Virus record (IMG/VR): IMGVR_UViG_3300038423_000106
Source: an uncultured virus (IMG/VR IMGVR_UViG_3300038423_000106)
Lineage: Duplodnaviria; Heunggongvirae; Uroviricota; Caudoviricetes
DNA: 64,000 bases
Strand: one strand, 5' to 3'
Shown: one piece after another, positions 47,676-57,028 of the stretch
Position numbering within the stretch: position 1 is the first letter of the stretch
Layout: every line of letters begins with the position of its first letter
The notes under the pieces: model-generated
Told to the model about the DNA's origin: nothing
The model's database searches: none
The model's input: only the letters and a program-made list of their open reading frames with translations
Translations under genes and position numbers: made by a program

Positions 47676-48026
47676 ATGAAGAAGTTGATACCGCTCGCGC
47701 TGCTCTTGACCATGATCGCCGCAGCCCAGCAGAAGCCGTCCGAGCAACCGAAAGCCGAGGAGTCCAAACCCGTCCCCGAAGCCGTCAAGTTCAAAGTTCT
47801 GGCCGCGTGGCACAAGGCGAGGCAGTACCAGGACGAGGCCGCGTACATCAAGGACCAAGTGTGCCAATCGGTCGTTCAGTGCAAGCAGGCGCAGGACAAG
47901 GCGCAGGCGGCGGTCAACGACTACAACGCGGGACTGCCCGTCTGGACGAAGGAGGCGGGCTTGCCGGAAGGCTCGCAGATCGTCGTGGACGAGCGCACGG
48001 ACGCGGTGACGGCCGCGAAGAAGTAG
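47676..48026 (+). CDS. Secreted helical protein
   Basis: Signal peptide MKKLIPLALLLTMIAAA-Q; SD GAGGAG. Confidence 0.65.
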   Translation: MKKLIPLALLLTMIAAAQQKPSEQPKAEESKPVPEAVKFKVLAAWHKARQYQDEAAYIKDQVCQSVVQCKQAQDKAQAAVNDYNAGLPVWTKEAGLPEGSQIVVDERTDAVTAAKK

Positions 48027-48053
48027 GGGTAATCCGCCAATGGGAGACACGCG

Positions 48054-48260
48054 ATGAAAAAGCACGATGCAGTTGACCGTTTGATTGAGAAAATCCGCGA
48101 ATCAATGTTTAACGCCTACAAGAACGCTGGGTACGGTGATGCCGAAGCCCGAGCCGACAGCTACGCGGGCGGGGTGAGGTTCGCGGCCTACAACCAGGTT
48201 CACAAGTTGCCGTATCCGAGCAATGCGGTCGAAGTGACGAAAGACTGTTGCTGCTCATAG
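48054..48260 (+). CDS. Hypothetical cassette gene
   Basis: Bounded by 19-bp repeats. Confidence 0.55.
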   Translation: MKKHDAVDRLIEKIRESMFNAYKNAGYGDAEARADSYAGGVRFAAYNQVHKLPYPSNAVEVTKDCCCS

Positions 48261-48283
48261 GGTGATCCGCCGAAGGGAGACAA

Positions 48284-48541
48284 ATGAGTAGCACTGGTAG
48301 CCCTATCGAAACCGGATATTGTCCGATTTGTTTGTGGCCCTTATTTCTCGGGATTACACACGCTTGCTCTACACCCCTTTTTTGTTTTATCAAAAGAGTT
48401 GACCCAATGTTGGCGGATGAGAATAGAAGATTGTCGGACGAGAATCGCAGACTTAAAAATGACATTGGTACAGCGTTGCGTATCATGAGTCAAGTAGAAG
48501 AAATACAGCGTAAACGCAACAATCGGAAATGGTGGTGGTAA
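48284..48541 (+). CDS. Hypothetical cassette gene (low GC)
   Basis: Bounded by identical 19-bp repeats. Confidence 0.55.
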   Translation: MSSTGSPIETGYCPICLWPLFLGITHACSTPLFCFIKRVDPMLADENRRLSDENRRLKNDIGTALRIMSQVEEIQRKRNNRKWWW

Positions 48542-48571
48542 CGGTGATCCGCCGAAGGGAGCGGGGAAACA

Positions 48572-49381
48572 ATGAGCCGCATACTTGGTAGCGTTTCCGG
48601 CGGTCGCACATCTGCAAAGATGGCGTGGCATATGAAGCGGGAGTGGAGCGCAACGCACGAACTCATCTTTGCGTTCGCCAATACCGGGAAGGAGCGCGAA
48701 GAAACGCTCCGCTTTGTAGATCGCTGCGACCGTGAATGGCGGCTTGGCATCGTCTGGGTTGAGGCTGTAACACATCCCGAAGTGGGTGTGGCTTGTACCC
48801 ATCGGGTAGTCGATTACGCTACGGCTAGTCGCAGAGGAGAACCGTTTGAAGCTGTGATTCAAAAGTACGGAATCCCTAACATGAACTACCTGCACTGTAC
48901 CCGCGAACTCAAGGCCAATGCTATCCGAAGTTACTTGCAGAGTATCGGCTGGACGGATTACCTCATTGCTCAGGGGATGCGGATTGACGAGCCGAAGCGC
49001 ATCAAGCCGAAAGACGGGATTATCTACCCGTTGGCCTATACGTGGCCTACCACGAAGCCGGAAGTGCTGGACTGGTGGAAAGATCAATTTTTCGATCTCG
49101 GATTGCTGGAGCACCAAGGAAACTGCGATTGCTGCCACAAGAAGAACATCACCAAACTAGTCAGGATCGCGCAAGAGAACGAGCGCACATTCGATTGGTG
49201 GAGCGAAATGGAAATGTCCTATCCGCTTAACGGGCATAACGTAGACGGCACTCCGCGCACTTTCTATCGTGGACATCGCTCTGCAAAAGACATCGTAGCA
49301 ATGTCGAAACTGATGACTTTGCCGCCTTTGCCAGACCAAGAGGCCGACGGAGGTTGTTCGGAAAGTTGCGAGGCATTCTGA
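48572..49381 (+). CDS. PP-loop / PAPS-reductase-like protein
   Basis: SVSGGRTS, FANTGKE..ETL.F, CT..LK, G.R.DE, YPL, GNC..C..K, CSESCE. Confidence 0.8.
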   Translation: MSRILGSVSGGRTSAKMAWHMKREWSATHELIFAFANTGKEREETLRFVDRCDREWRLGIVWVEAVTHPEVGVACTHRVVDYATASRRGEPFEAVIQKYGIPNMNYLHCTRELKANAIRSYLQSIGWTDYLIAQGMRIDEPKRIKPKDGIIYPLAYTWPTTKPEVLDWWKDQFFDLGLLEHQGNCDCCHKKNITKLVRIAQENERTFDWWSEMEMSYPLNGHNVDGTPRTFYRGHRSAKDIVAMSKLMTLPPLPDQEADGGCSESCEAF

Positions 49382-49725
49382 TGACCGCCCCCAGAGCAGC
49401 CCGCGAGAAGCCAGCCCCGCACGTTTGTAAGCCTAGCTGCCACAATCCTTGCATGATTTTGGAGGACGAACGAGCCGCGCCCAGCCCAGCCGAGAGCGCG
49501 GAGCAAATGTGGAAGAATTGGCGAGCCAAGCGTTACAACGGTTATGACCTACTCGCAGCAGGAGTTACGCTCGAATTGGCATACCGAATGGATGCCGAAG
49601 TTGTGGAGTTTGCCGAAGCCTACGCCGCGAGCGAGACAGCCCGCCTGCGCCTAGCAGAACAGAAACTAGCGGAGTTCAACGTGGAATGGGACGGAGAAAA
49701 ATATGTCTACAACGGAAAAGATTGA
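49381..49725 (+). CDS. Hypothetical mosaic protein
   Basis: TGATG coupling. Confidence 0.5.
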   Translation: MTAPRAAREKPAPHVCKPSCHNPCMILEDERAAPSPAESAEQMWKNWRAKRYNGYDLLAAGVTLELAYRMDAEVVEFAEAYAASETARLRLAEQKLAEFNVEWDGEKYVYNGKD

Positions 49726-50683
49726 TGAAACCGCAGAACTCAAGCGTTTACTTGATTTGATTGCCGGAGGGTTCACGATACCGGGATTCAAAGGCAGTCA
49801 CGAAGATTGCCGAATCGCTATGCTCCAAGAAGTAATGCACGCGGCCCAAACTTACGCAAGAGAAGCCCTTACGTTGCTACCGGAACTGGCCCGCCTGCGA
49901 GCCGAACTGGAATCCGAGCAAAAGGCGCACGAGCAAATCGCCGCTTATCTCCTGCCGCTGGTAGGAACTGGCGATGGTACTTCGGTGGATGCGGCGAAGA
50001 AAGCTGCCGAGATGCTGGCCCGCCTGCGAGCCGAGCCACAGCCGAAAATCATGTCTGATCTTGATTCGATGGCGACCGGGAAATGCCCGACTTGTGGCGG
50101 TGGCGTCGAGGCATCGGTCCATGAAGTAATCAGCCTGCGAGCTGAGCGCGACCAAGCTAAGGACGAAATTGAAGTCCTGAAAGGGGAAATAAAGGCGGCA
50201 GACGATGGCAGCGGCCTGACGAACATTCAGGAACAGCACGACGCACAGTTGAAGGCGGAACGTGATGCGAGAGTGAAAGCCGAAGCCGAGCGCGGTTACT
50301 GGCAGACCCGAGCGGAAACGGCGGAACTGAAGGTGCTCACCTTCCACGAGGAGATTGTGAAACTAGGGGCCGAGCGCGACGGCCTGCGGGATGCGCTGCA
50401 AGCACTCGTCACAAAACTGAATCTTGCTCTACCTGAGATAGAAAGTATGTGTGTGATGGAGCATATCCACGGACGACCGTACCAAGGGCCGCAATTCGGT
50501 GAAGAATTGAAAGCGGCTGAAAAACTACTTCTGTCTATGAAGGAGCCCGCAACTGAAAAAGTTCCGTGTCCAACGTGCGACGGCCTGCGTTACAGTCGTC
50601 TAGTGATTGAATCCCGTCTGAACCAAATAATTCAAGAAGCCCAAGGCGGCCTCGCTGCGCTGCCCGAGAAGGAAAAACCATGA
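49703..50683 (+). CDS. Mosaic coiled-coil protein (Ea22-like modular architecture)
   Basis: Repeated LARLRAE, RDGLRDALQA and CPTC modules. Confidence 0.6.
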   Translation: MSTTEKIDETAELKRLLDLIAGGFTIPGFKGSHEDCRIAMLQEVMHAAQTYAREALTLLPELARLRAELESEQKAHEQIAAYLLPLVGTGDGTSVDAAKKAAEMLARLRAEPQPKIMSDLDSMATGKCPTCGGGVEASVHEVISLRAERDQAKDEIEVLKGEIKAADDGSGLTNIQEQHDAQLKAERDARVKAEAERGYWQTRAETAELKVLTFHEEIVKLGAERDGLRDALQALVTKLNLALPEIESMCVMEHIHGRPYQGPQFGEELKAAEKLLLSMKEPATEKVPCPTCDGLRYSRLVIESRLNQIIQEAQGGLAALPEKEKP

Positions 50684-50910
50684 CGCATTCTCATCGCTTC
50701 GGAATTGCAACGCATCAATGTATGGATTGCGGACAGCTTGAAAAGTTCGAGTGTCCAACGCGCGACGGCCTGCGGGATGCCCTGCAAGCCTGTGAGCGAT
50801 ATCTTGGCAATCTAGTCGATGAGGACACGCCAAGTTGTGCGCTATTGCTTGGAAGAGTCAGGAGCGCCCTCGCTGCGCTGCCCGGAAAGGAAACGAATGG
50901 GAACTCGTAA
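50680..50910 (+). CDS. Hypothetical cassette gene
   Basis: Shares RDGLRDALQA and ALAALPGKE modules. Confidence 0.55.
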   Translation: MTHSHRFGIATHQCMDCGQLEKFECPTRDGLRDALQACERYLGNLVDEDTPSCALLLGRVRSALAALPGKETNGNS

Positions 50911-51301
50911 GATTCTGACCGTCAAGGGGTGCGAAAAGCGCTTGGCTCGCGGTCGTGAAACACGCGCAAGATTCGTGGCCTCTCACATCGACAAGGGAAT
51001 CGCTTTCCAACTCCGTTCTATTCGTGACGCCCGAGGATTAAGTCAAGTCGAAGCGGCGCGACTGGCGGGGATGGAACAGGCTAACGTGTCGAGAATGGAA
51101 AACCCGTATTACGGCAAGCATACATTGACTGCTTTGAAGCGATTGGCGGCAGTCTATGATATTGGTCTGAGCGTGGAATTCGTACCATTCTCGAAACTGA
51201 TTCGTCGCGTCACTGGAATAACAACAAGTTGGACTAGAGCCGAAATTAAACGATCATTCCCTAGCGCCCTCGCTGCGCTGCCCGGGAAGGAGAAGAAATG
51301 A
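50897..51301 (+). CDS. XRE-family HTH protein
   Basis: IAFQLR..R..RGLSQ...A..AGM.Q..VSR.EN..YG......L.RLA...D..L.V.FVPFS. Confidence 0.8.
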   Translation: MGTRKILTVKGCEKRLARGRETRARFVASHIDKGIAFQLRSIRDARGLSQVEAARLAGMEQANVSRMENPYYGKHTLTALKRLAAVYDIGLSVEFVPFSKLIRRVTGITTSWTRAEIKRSFPSALAALPGKEKK

Positions 51302-51483
51302 ACAAGCCAATTCTTAAACTATACGAATGCGGTTGCACAAGTGGACACGACAGCCTTATTCGATTGTGGGTGCCGGAATATTTTACGCAAGAGGACCTAG
51401 AGAACGTCAAGGCTACATGGGACTTGATGCTACGTCAGTTAGAGCGCGGAGTCGCGCCCGAGACTCGGAAGGAGAAACCGTGA
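51298..51483 (+). CDS. Hypothetical protein
   Basis: ATGA coupling. Confidence 0.5.
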   Translation: MNKPILKLYECGCTSGHDSLIRLWVPEYFTQEDLENVKATWDLMLRQLERGVAPETRKEKP

Positions 51484-51650
51484 CGCCCTGCTATCCTGCT
51501 TGGATGATGCTCGTTTCCGAATTGTGGTGCGCGTTCTGCGGATTCTGGATAGGGATGGCCGTTGAGCGCCGCCTGTGCAAGAAACGGAGGGCTGCGCTGC
51601 TCGGAAAGGAAACGCCGTGAACGGAAAAGAAGTAGCTCCGGGCGTGATAG

Positions 51651-52169
51651 TCAGAAGCGGAACGTCGGACTGAGCGCGACGCTCGGAAGCCAACTTGACT
51701 GCTTTGGAACTTGGTCAGTTATTCCCGGCAAGTGGTTGGCTTGGACCTCGAACGCCAAACTGAAACTCGTTGAACCCGACGGCGCCCAGCGCAGGAAGAA
51801 CCCGGCCCGTTCGCCCCAGTGGTTCGCAGCGCCTTTTACGATTCCGAGGCTGCTCGTGACTCCGAACTGATAGTTGTATCCCGTGAGCGCGGTGTGGTTC
51901 TGGAGCCAAGTCGCTACTTGCGGGATCACGCGGTCGTAGCGTCCGCCGACGAACGTATCGTTGCTGATGAGCGTAGTCGGCCCCACGTCGTTGTTCGGCG
52001 TAAGGCTCACGAGGATATCAGACTCGGCCCCGGCAACGGTCGTGCCCACTCCGGGCAACGTCACGGGCGTCAGTCCGAAAGAGTATGTGGTATCGATGAA
52101 CGCCGATTGCTGCTGTCCGAAGCAAACCGCGCTTGCGAGGATCGCTGCTATCAGTACGAGTGTTTTCAT
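51651..52169 (-). CDS. Putative small outer-membrane beta-barrel protein
   Basis: Signal peptide, amphipathic beta strands, terminal TFRF. Confidence 0.55.
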   Translation of the reverse strand: MKTLVLIAAILASAVCFGQQQSAFIDTTYSFGLTPVTLPGVGTTVAGAESDILVSLTPNNDVGPTTLISNDTFVGGRYDRVIPQVATWLQNHTALTGYNYQFGVTSSLGIVKGAANHWGERAGFFLRWAPSGSTSFSLAFEVQANHLPGITDQVPKQSSWLPSVALSPTFRF

Positions 52170-52185
52170 TTTTGAGTTCTCCTTT

Positions 52186-52629
52186 TTAACCTATTCCCAC
52201 CTGTCCGTCCAAATCGGACGCTTGGCCCGCGACCGGGTCCGCGAACGTGATGGTCTGCGGTCCCGAGGCCAGCGCCGTCTCGATGTTGGCGTATAGCGGC
52301 GCGAACGCGGCGTCGCTCTCTCCGACGAAGTTTATCCCGAGAGTCGTCCCGACCAGGCAGCACCCGTCCGTGTCCCTCGGGAAATTCCCCGGATGGAGCA
52401 TGATCTCGGTGAAGTCGGGAACTTGCTCGACGTGCGGCATGTCGCGGTTGAAGCGCGGCGAGAACCGGATGTCGAGCGGGTATGTTCCGGCGGGGATGGC
52501 GCGCGGCTTGACCCCGGCCAACCCGTAGGCCGGCTCCAATGTGAAGCAGAAATGCGCGCCGCAGTAGAGCAGTTCCCCAGTGACGGAGAGCGACGTGGAC
52601 TGGCGGCGCCGCACGAAGAAGGCGGTCAC
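52186..52629 (-). CDS. Putative endolysin (DUF5675-like, L,D-transpeptidase-like)
   Basis: T.G.L......CFTLE......AIPAG.Y......S..F...P....VP.F..I..H.GN...DT.GC.LVG. Confidence 0.8.
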   Translation of the reverse strand: MTAFFVRRRQSTSLSVTGELLYCGAHFCFTLEPAYGLAGVKPRAIPAGTYPLDIRFSPRFNRDMPHVEQVPDFTEIMLHPGNFPRDTDGCCLVGTTLGINFVGESDAAFAPLYANIETALASGPQTITFADPVAGQASDLDGQVGIG

Positions 52630-52786
52630 GGCTTGAGCCTGTCCAGTCGTTGCAGCGCGCACTCCAGCCCGTGCAGAAAATCGGCGAGCAGTTCCCATCG
52701 CTCCGGGTTCTGCTCTTTGGCGAGTGAGAAGCTGACGGCTGCGTTGACCTCGCGCAGTTGGCCTTCCCAAAGGTCCAGGGGCAGGC

Positions 52787-53257
52787 TCACGGCTGCTCCT
52801 CCGCGTGGTGCTTCACGACGTAGTCGCGCCCCTGCATGTGCGCCCGCAGCATGTCCTTTATATCCTGAAGATCCTGCTTCGAGTTCGTGCGGAACTCCGA
52901 GTTCTTGACCTGCTCATCGCGCATGGCCGCGATCTTGTCGTTCAGCTTGTTGATCTCGTCGTGCATCTCCCGTCGGTCCTTCTCGCTGTCGGTCATGCGG
53001 TCGGAGAACGCCTGCCTGTCCTGCACGACGGAACTGAACTGCCCGAAGCTGAAGGCGATCAACCCGCCCACCAGTGTGCAGATGGTGCAAACCACGGCCA
53101 CGGACTGCCAGCGCCAGTGAAGGTCGATCCCGTTGGTCGGTGGCTGCGGCCCGACGGTGTCTACACTGGAATGGCGCTCGGTGTGGCTCGCGCTTTCTTC
53201 GGGCACAGGTCTGTCCTCGTTGGTCATGGCGAACATCGGGATGCCGAAATGGAACAT
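52787..53257 (-). CDS. Membrane protein with coiled-coil (lysis module)
   Basis: One TM segment then coiled-coil; upstream of endolysin. Confidence 0.55.
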   Translation of the reverse strand: MFHFGIPMFAMTNEDRPVPEESASHTERHSSVDTVGPQPPTNGIDLHWRWQSVAVVCTICTLVGGLIAFSFGQFSSVVQDRQAFSDRMTDSEKDRREMHDEINKLNDKIAAMRDEQVKNSEFRTNSKQDLQDIKDMLRAHMQGRDYVVKHHAEEQP

Positions 53258-53260
53258 CGT

Positions 53261-53494
53261 TCAGTACAACCCGAACACGTGCAGGAACAAAACGAACACG
53301 AGCAGGACGAGCAGCCAGAAGATGATCTGAACCCACGTGGGGTCGAGTCCGAGTTTCGGCGCGAGCAGCCCCCAAATCTTGAACAGGATCGCGCAGAGGA
53401 TGATCAGGATGATCACCCCCACGATGATCCCCGCCAATCCCTCGATCCCGAAGAACCCGTACCTGTGCAGACCGATTTGCAGTAAAGCCAGCAT
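53261..53494 (-). CDS. Holin-like two-TM protein
   Basis: Two very hydrophobic segments; SD AAGGAGG. Confidence 0.55.
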   Translation of the reverse strand: MLALLQIGLHRYGFFGIEGLAGIIVGVIILIILCAILFKIWGLLAPKLGLDPTWVQIIFWLLVLLVFVLFLHVFGLY

Positions 53495-53503
53495 GGAGCC
53501 TCC

Positions 53504-53857
53504 TTATTGCTTGTTCGATGAAGCCGGTGGCAAGTCCTTTATGAACTGCTGAAGCTGGAAGGCCGTGAGCCAGCCCTGCTGAACGAAGTACTGACCGATG
53601 ACCTGCACGAGCGAGTGCCCGAGCACGGCCAGCGACGGGATGGCTATCGCGATCTGCCATCCGGTCGAGGCGTTGCCGACGTAGGCGCCGTGGATGCCGA
53701 GGCCGGTGAGCAGCGCCATGAGAGCGCGAAAGCTGATATTGATCGCCGTCGTCTTCTGTGTCACCCACGGCAGCGACTTGCTCATCTGCGCGTAGTGTAG
53801 CACCGCGCCCCAGATCGCTCCAAAGGCTAGGTGTGTGAATACCAGGCTAGAGTCCAT
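53504..53857 (-). CDS. Holin-like membrane protein
   Basis: 2-3 TM segments; SD GGAGG. Confidence 0.55.
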   Translation of the reverse strand: MDSSLVFTHLAFGAIWGAVLHYAQMSKSLPWVTQKTTAINISFRALMALLTGLGIHGAYVGNASTGWQIAIAIPSLAVLGHSLVQVIGQYFVQQGWLTAFQLQQFIKDLPPASSNKQ

Positions 53858-53866
53858 CGTTTCCTC

Positions 53867-54526
53867 CTATGGTACGGTTACCGCCAGGGTCGCGCTCATG
53901 GCGCTGACTTTAGTTCCAAGCGCCGACTTGACGCCATAGTACCGGGTCTGCCCCTTGACCGGCTTCGTGTCGACATAGGACGCCGCTGTGAGCCCGCTCG
54001 CCAGCTGTTTCGGGTCGGGCAGTTTCGGTTCCACTCCCCGGAACACATCGTAGCTGATTCCCTGCAAATTTACAGGCGTCCACTTCAACGGCACGCGGTT
54101 CTCCGTGACAGTCTCGACCGTCAGGCCGGTGGGCGCCGGGGGCTGCGCGTCGGCTGGGATCGTGGCGCTCACCTCGTTTGACGGCCCTGAAAGGCTCGGG
54201 CTGGCGGTCGACAGATAGGCTTTGGCGACATACCAGTAGGTCTGCAGAGCCGTCACCGCCGTATCGGTGTAGGAGCAGGTCGCGAGCGGCGAAGCATTCA
54301 GTGCCGTCGCGCTCTCCCCGCCGGAGGCCGTTCCCTTGTAGAAATTAAACTGCACGCCCGCCGCCGTATCCGTGCATCCCCCGAGGGTAACGGAGTGCGC
54401 CGTCGCAGTGGCGGTGAGCGGGCGCGGCTCGATGGAGGGCGGGGCAGGAGTGTTGGCGCGCTGGGCAGTCGGAGTCATACAGCCGACCAGGGCGAGCGAG
54501 AGAACTGCGGTGATGATGATTTTCAT
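53867..54526 (-). CDS. Lipoprotein with two FN3-like domains
   Basis: Lipobox LVG-C; F/Y..Y/FRG...Y.D......Y.Y.V.A FN3 patterns. Confidence 0.75.
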   Translation of the reverse strand: MKIIITAVLSLALVGCMTPTAQRANTPAPPSIEPRPLTATATAHSVTLGGCTDTAAGVQFNFYKGTASGGESATALNASPLATCSYTDTAVTALQTYWYVAKAYLSTASPSLSGPSNEVSATIPADAQPPAPTGLTVETVTENRVPLKWTPVNLQGISYDVFRGVEPKLPDPKQLASGLTAASYVDTKPVKGQTRYYGVKSALGTKVSAMSATLAVTVP

Positions 54527-54533
54527 GATTCTC

Positions 54534-57026
54534 CTAGTGCACAGTCACAGACAATCCGGTTGGGGCGAGCGGGCCGCCCGTCAGCGGCGCGGCCGACATG
54601 AGGTCGATCAGCATCGCGTCACTTCTGCAATCGTTCGGACCCTCGTTCGTCCATTGCACCGTCCCGTCGAGCGAAGGGCAATTTCCGTATGACGGACAAA
54701 ATACTTGCCAGTTGGGAACCGTCGCGCCCGTCGTCCCTCCGGCCGCCGTGAGGTAGACGTCGTTGTTCGGGTTGTTCGACACGGGGTAGACGGCCGATCC
54801 ACCGGAGAACGCCGTGCTGGCGGACGGTGAAAACCCGGCACGCAGTTGGTCGCATGATGCCTTCAGGTTCTTCCATGTAACCCCGCCGTCCACGCAGGAG
54901 GTGGCGCAGGCGGCGTCCCAATCAGGCTGCGTGCCGGAAGTGGTGCCAGCGGCGATGACCTGGAAGTCGTATTTCCCCGCGTTGTTCGAGGTCGGGTACA
55001 TCGTGGCCCCGAGCGCGTAAGCCGCGCTCCCGGCCCACGCGGGCGAGGTCGAGCCGCGCGTCCCCATCATGTCCGTGCCGACCAATGCCCACTGGCCGTC
55101 CTGCGAGGCGTTCCCGATGTTGTTCTGCGCCTCGAAGCTCTGGTTCATCCCGGTGTTATAGATGTGCGAGAACCTATAGGTCGTTCCCAGCGGGCAAGTC
55201 CCGAGGCCCGTGCACTCTCCCACCACTTCACCGTAGTACGCCAGTCCAGTGAGTGCGCCGTTGGAGATCGTCGGAACCTGCGTGGCGAAGTCTACTATCG
55301 GAGGCGTATCCGTCAGCCCGGAATCGCGGTAGGAGTCATGGTGATCTGAAGGGAAGCCATTTGGCAGGATGTCCCGGCTCAACCATCCGGTTGAACCGCT
55401 ACCGCCAATGGTCGGATAGGGCACTTCGTCAATCGTCCCGCTCACGCTCTGATAAACCATCGGCTGCGAGAAAAGATGCTGGTACTGGTCATTGTCCGCC
55501 CAGTAGTTCAAGTAGCCCTGCGCCTGGTGGCCGGAGGTGTGGCTGGCCCCGCTCGTCTGCGTGCTGACGTTGATGTTCAGCGTGGCTACTTGCCAAGTGT
55601 AGGTGTAGCAGTAGACGTCGGCCAACTGCCAGTAGGTCGAGTTCGGGGGAGCGTTCCCCGCCGTCGGGGTGGCGTAGACGTACTCGTAGTAGCTGTACGG
55701 CGCGCCGTGCGAGGGATCGTAAACCGTCTGGTGCGCGGGACTCGTCTTGGAATAGGTCTTGCCCGCGCTGTATGCCCCGTAGTACGTCGCGTTCGTGTTC
55801 AGGCAATTAGCCGTCCCCGGCGTGAGCACGGGCGTCCCGCCGCCATGCGTCGGCGTCAGCGACATGTAGGCCGAATTAAGGTCTGCTCCATTCCCGTGCA
55901 GCGTCATCAGGTCGGTCAAGGGGCATGGGTTGGTCCCGTACTTGCCGCAGATCACCGTGTCGGTAGTTGTCCAAGTGCCCGCGACGGTCGTGCCAGATCG
56001 CACCTGCCCGAGCCGAGTATTCAAAGCGTAATATCCGGTTCCCGCTAAATACACTACAGCGTCGAATCCCGGCCCTTGCCCGTTGACTGAGCCAATGTTT
56101 GTCCACGTCACCCCTCCATCCGTGCAGGTCGAAGTGCAGGTCGACCACGTCGGCTCCGTGCCGGAAGTCGTTCCGCCGACGGTCGCCTGGAAGGCATGAT
56201 TGGCGGAATTCCCCGTTTGCGGATAGATGAACGAAGTGTAGTCTCCGGTAACGTAGGCCGTGCTCCCCTTCCAATCCATCCCGCCCGCCATCGCAAGGGC
56301 TACTGAGCCGTCTGTCGCTGTCGTAAACTCCCCGTTCCATGTACTAAAGTAGGTTTTGGGGAAAGCGTTGCCAAGGTTCGCGTAAAGCGTTCGCGTGAAC
56401 GTGTCTGTGCTCGGGTTGATCACGTCCTTGTAAATGGTCAGACCGTCCGACCAAAGCTCGAAGATGGTGTACGCCTGTCCTCGGCTGAATACCTCCGCGC
56501 CCCCCGAGTTGAGCACGGTGCAGCCAGAAGTGCACGGACTTCCGCTGATCGAGCCGCCGACGATCTGGCTCTTGGTCACGCCGGGATTCGAGGGCGAGAT
56601 CGGTGTTCCGCCCGCTTCAGCAGCCCGGATCGCCGTCTTGTTTAGGTAATAGAGATAAGGGCCGCCTCCGACTGAGTAGACCATGAGCATGTTCGAGTTC
56701 TGCTCAAACAGATCGCGTTCTCCATCCGAGCCGAGTTGGAAGCTGTTGGTCGTCAGATGTGTACTTTGATCGGTCACAAGCAGCAGGAACGAGCCGAAGT
56801 CTTTATCCGTAGTGGCGGTGTTCGCTGGCGCGTTCGCCGCGAACGGTCCTGTTCCCGTCAGGAGGAAGCTAATGGGCGCTCCCGCGTGGCCCACTCCGAC
56901 TCCCGCGACGCACCCGGATTCCGTCCCGACCTCGCAATTGTCCGTCCTCGCCGCGTAGGTCTGCGGCCCTTGCGCGAAACAGCAAGTCGTGAGCAGGACG
57001 CAGGCGAATTTGAGGAGGCTGCGCAC
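54534..57026 (-). CDS. Large secreted protein with W...Y..G...GT(T/S)G..P.W...DG...W repeats
   Basis: Signal peptide VRSLLKFACVLLTTCCFA-Q; three repeats; C-terminal APTGLSVTVH. Confidence 0.75.
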   Translation of the reverse strand: MRSLLKFACVLLTTCCFAQGPQTYAARTDNCEVGTESGCVAGVGVGHAGAPISFLLTGTGPFAANAPANTATTDKDFGSFLLLVTDQSTHLTTNSFQLGSDGERDLFEQNSNMLMVYSVGGGPYLYYLNKTAIRAAEAGGTPISPSNPGVTKSQIVGGSISGSPCTSGCTVLNSGGAEVFSRGQAYTIFELWSDGLTIYKDVINPSTDTFTRTLYANLGNAFPKTYFSTWNGEFTTATDGSVALAMAGGMDWKGSTAYVTGDYTSFIYPQTGNSANHAFQATVGGTTSGTEPTWSTCTSTCTDGGVTWTNIGSVNGQGPGFDAVVYLAGTGYYALNTRLGQVRSGTTVAGTWTTTDTVICGKYGTNPCPLTDLMTLHGNGADLNSAYMSLTPTHGGGTPVLTPGTANCLNTNATYYGAYSAGKTYSKTSPAHQTVYDPSHGAPYSYYEYVYATPTAGNAPPNSTYWQLADVYCYTYTWQVATLNINVSTQTSGASHTSGHQAQGYLNYWADNDQYQHLFSQPMVYQSVSGTIDEVPYPTIGGSGSTGWLSRDILPNGFPSDHHDSYRDSGLTDTPPIVDFATQVPTISNGALTGLAYYGEVVGECTGLGTCPLGTTYRFSHIYNTGMNQSFEAQNNIGNASQDGQWALVGTDMMGTRGSTSPAWAGSAAYALGATMYPTSNNAGKYDFQVIAAGTTSGTQPDWDAACATSCVDGGVTWKNLKASCDQLRAGFSPSASTAFSGGSAVYPVSNNPNNDVYLTAAGGTTGATVPNWQVFCPSYGNCPSLDGTVQWTNEGPNDCRSDAMLIDLMSAAPLTGGPLAPTGLSVTVH

Positions 57027-57028
57027 AC

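Noticed and set aside
48028..48561. 19-bp repeats as CRISPR repeats or attC/attP sites
   Set aside because: Spacing of over 200 bp encloses whole genes; no attC-type palindrome and no integrase in the window
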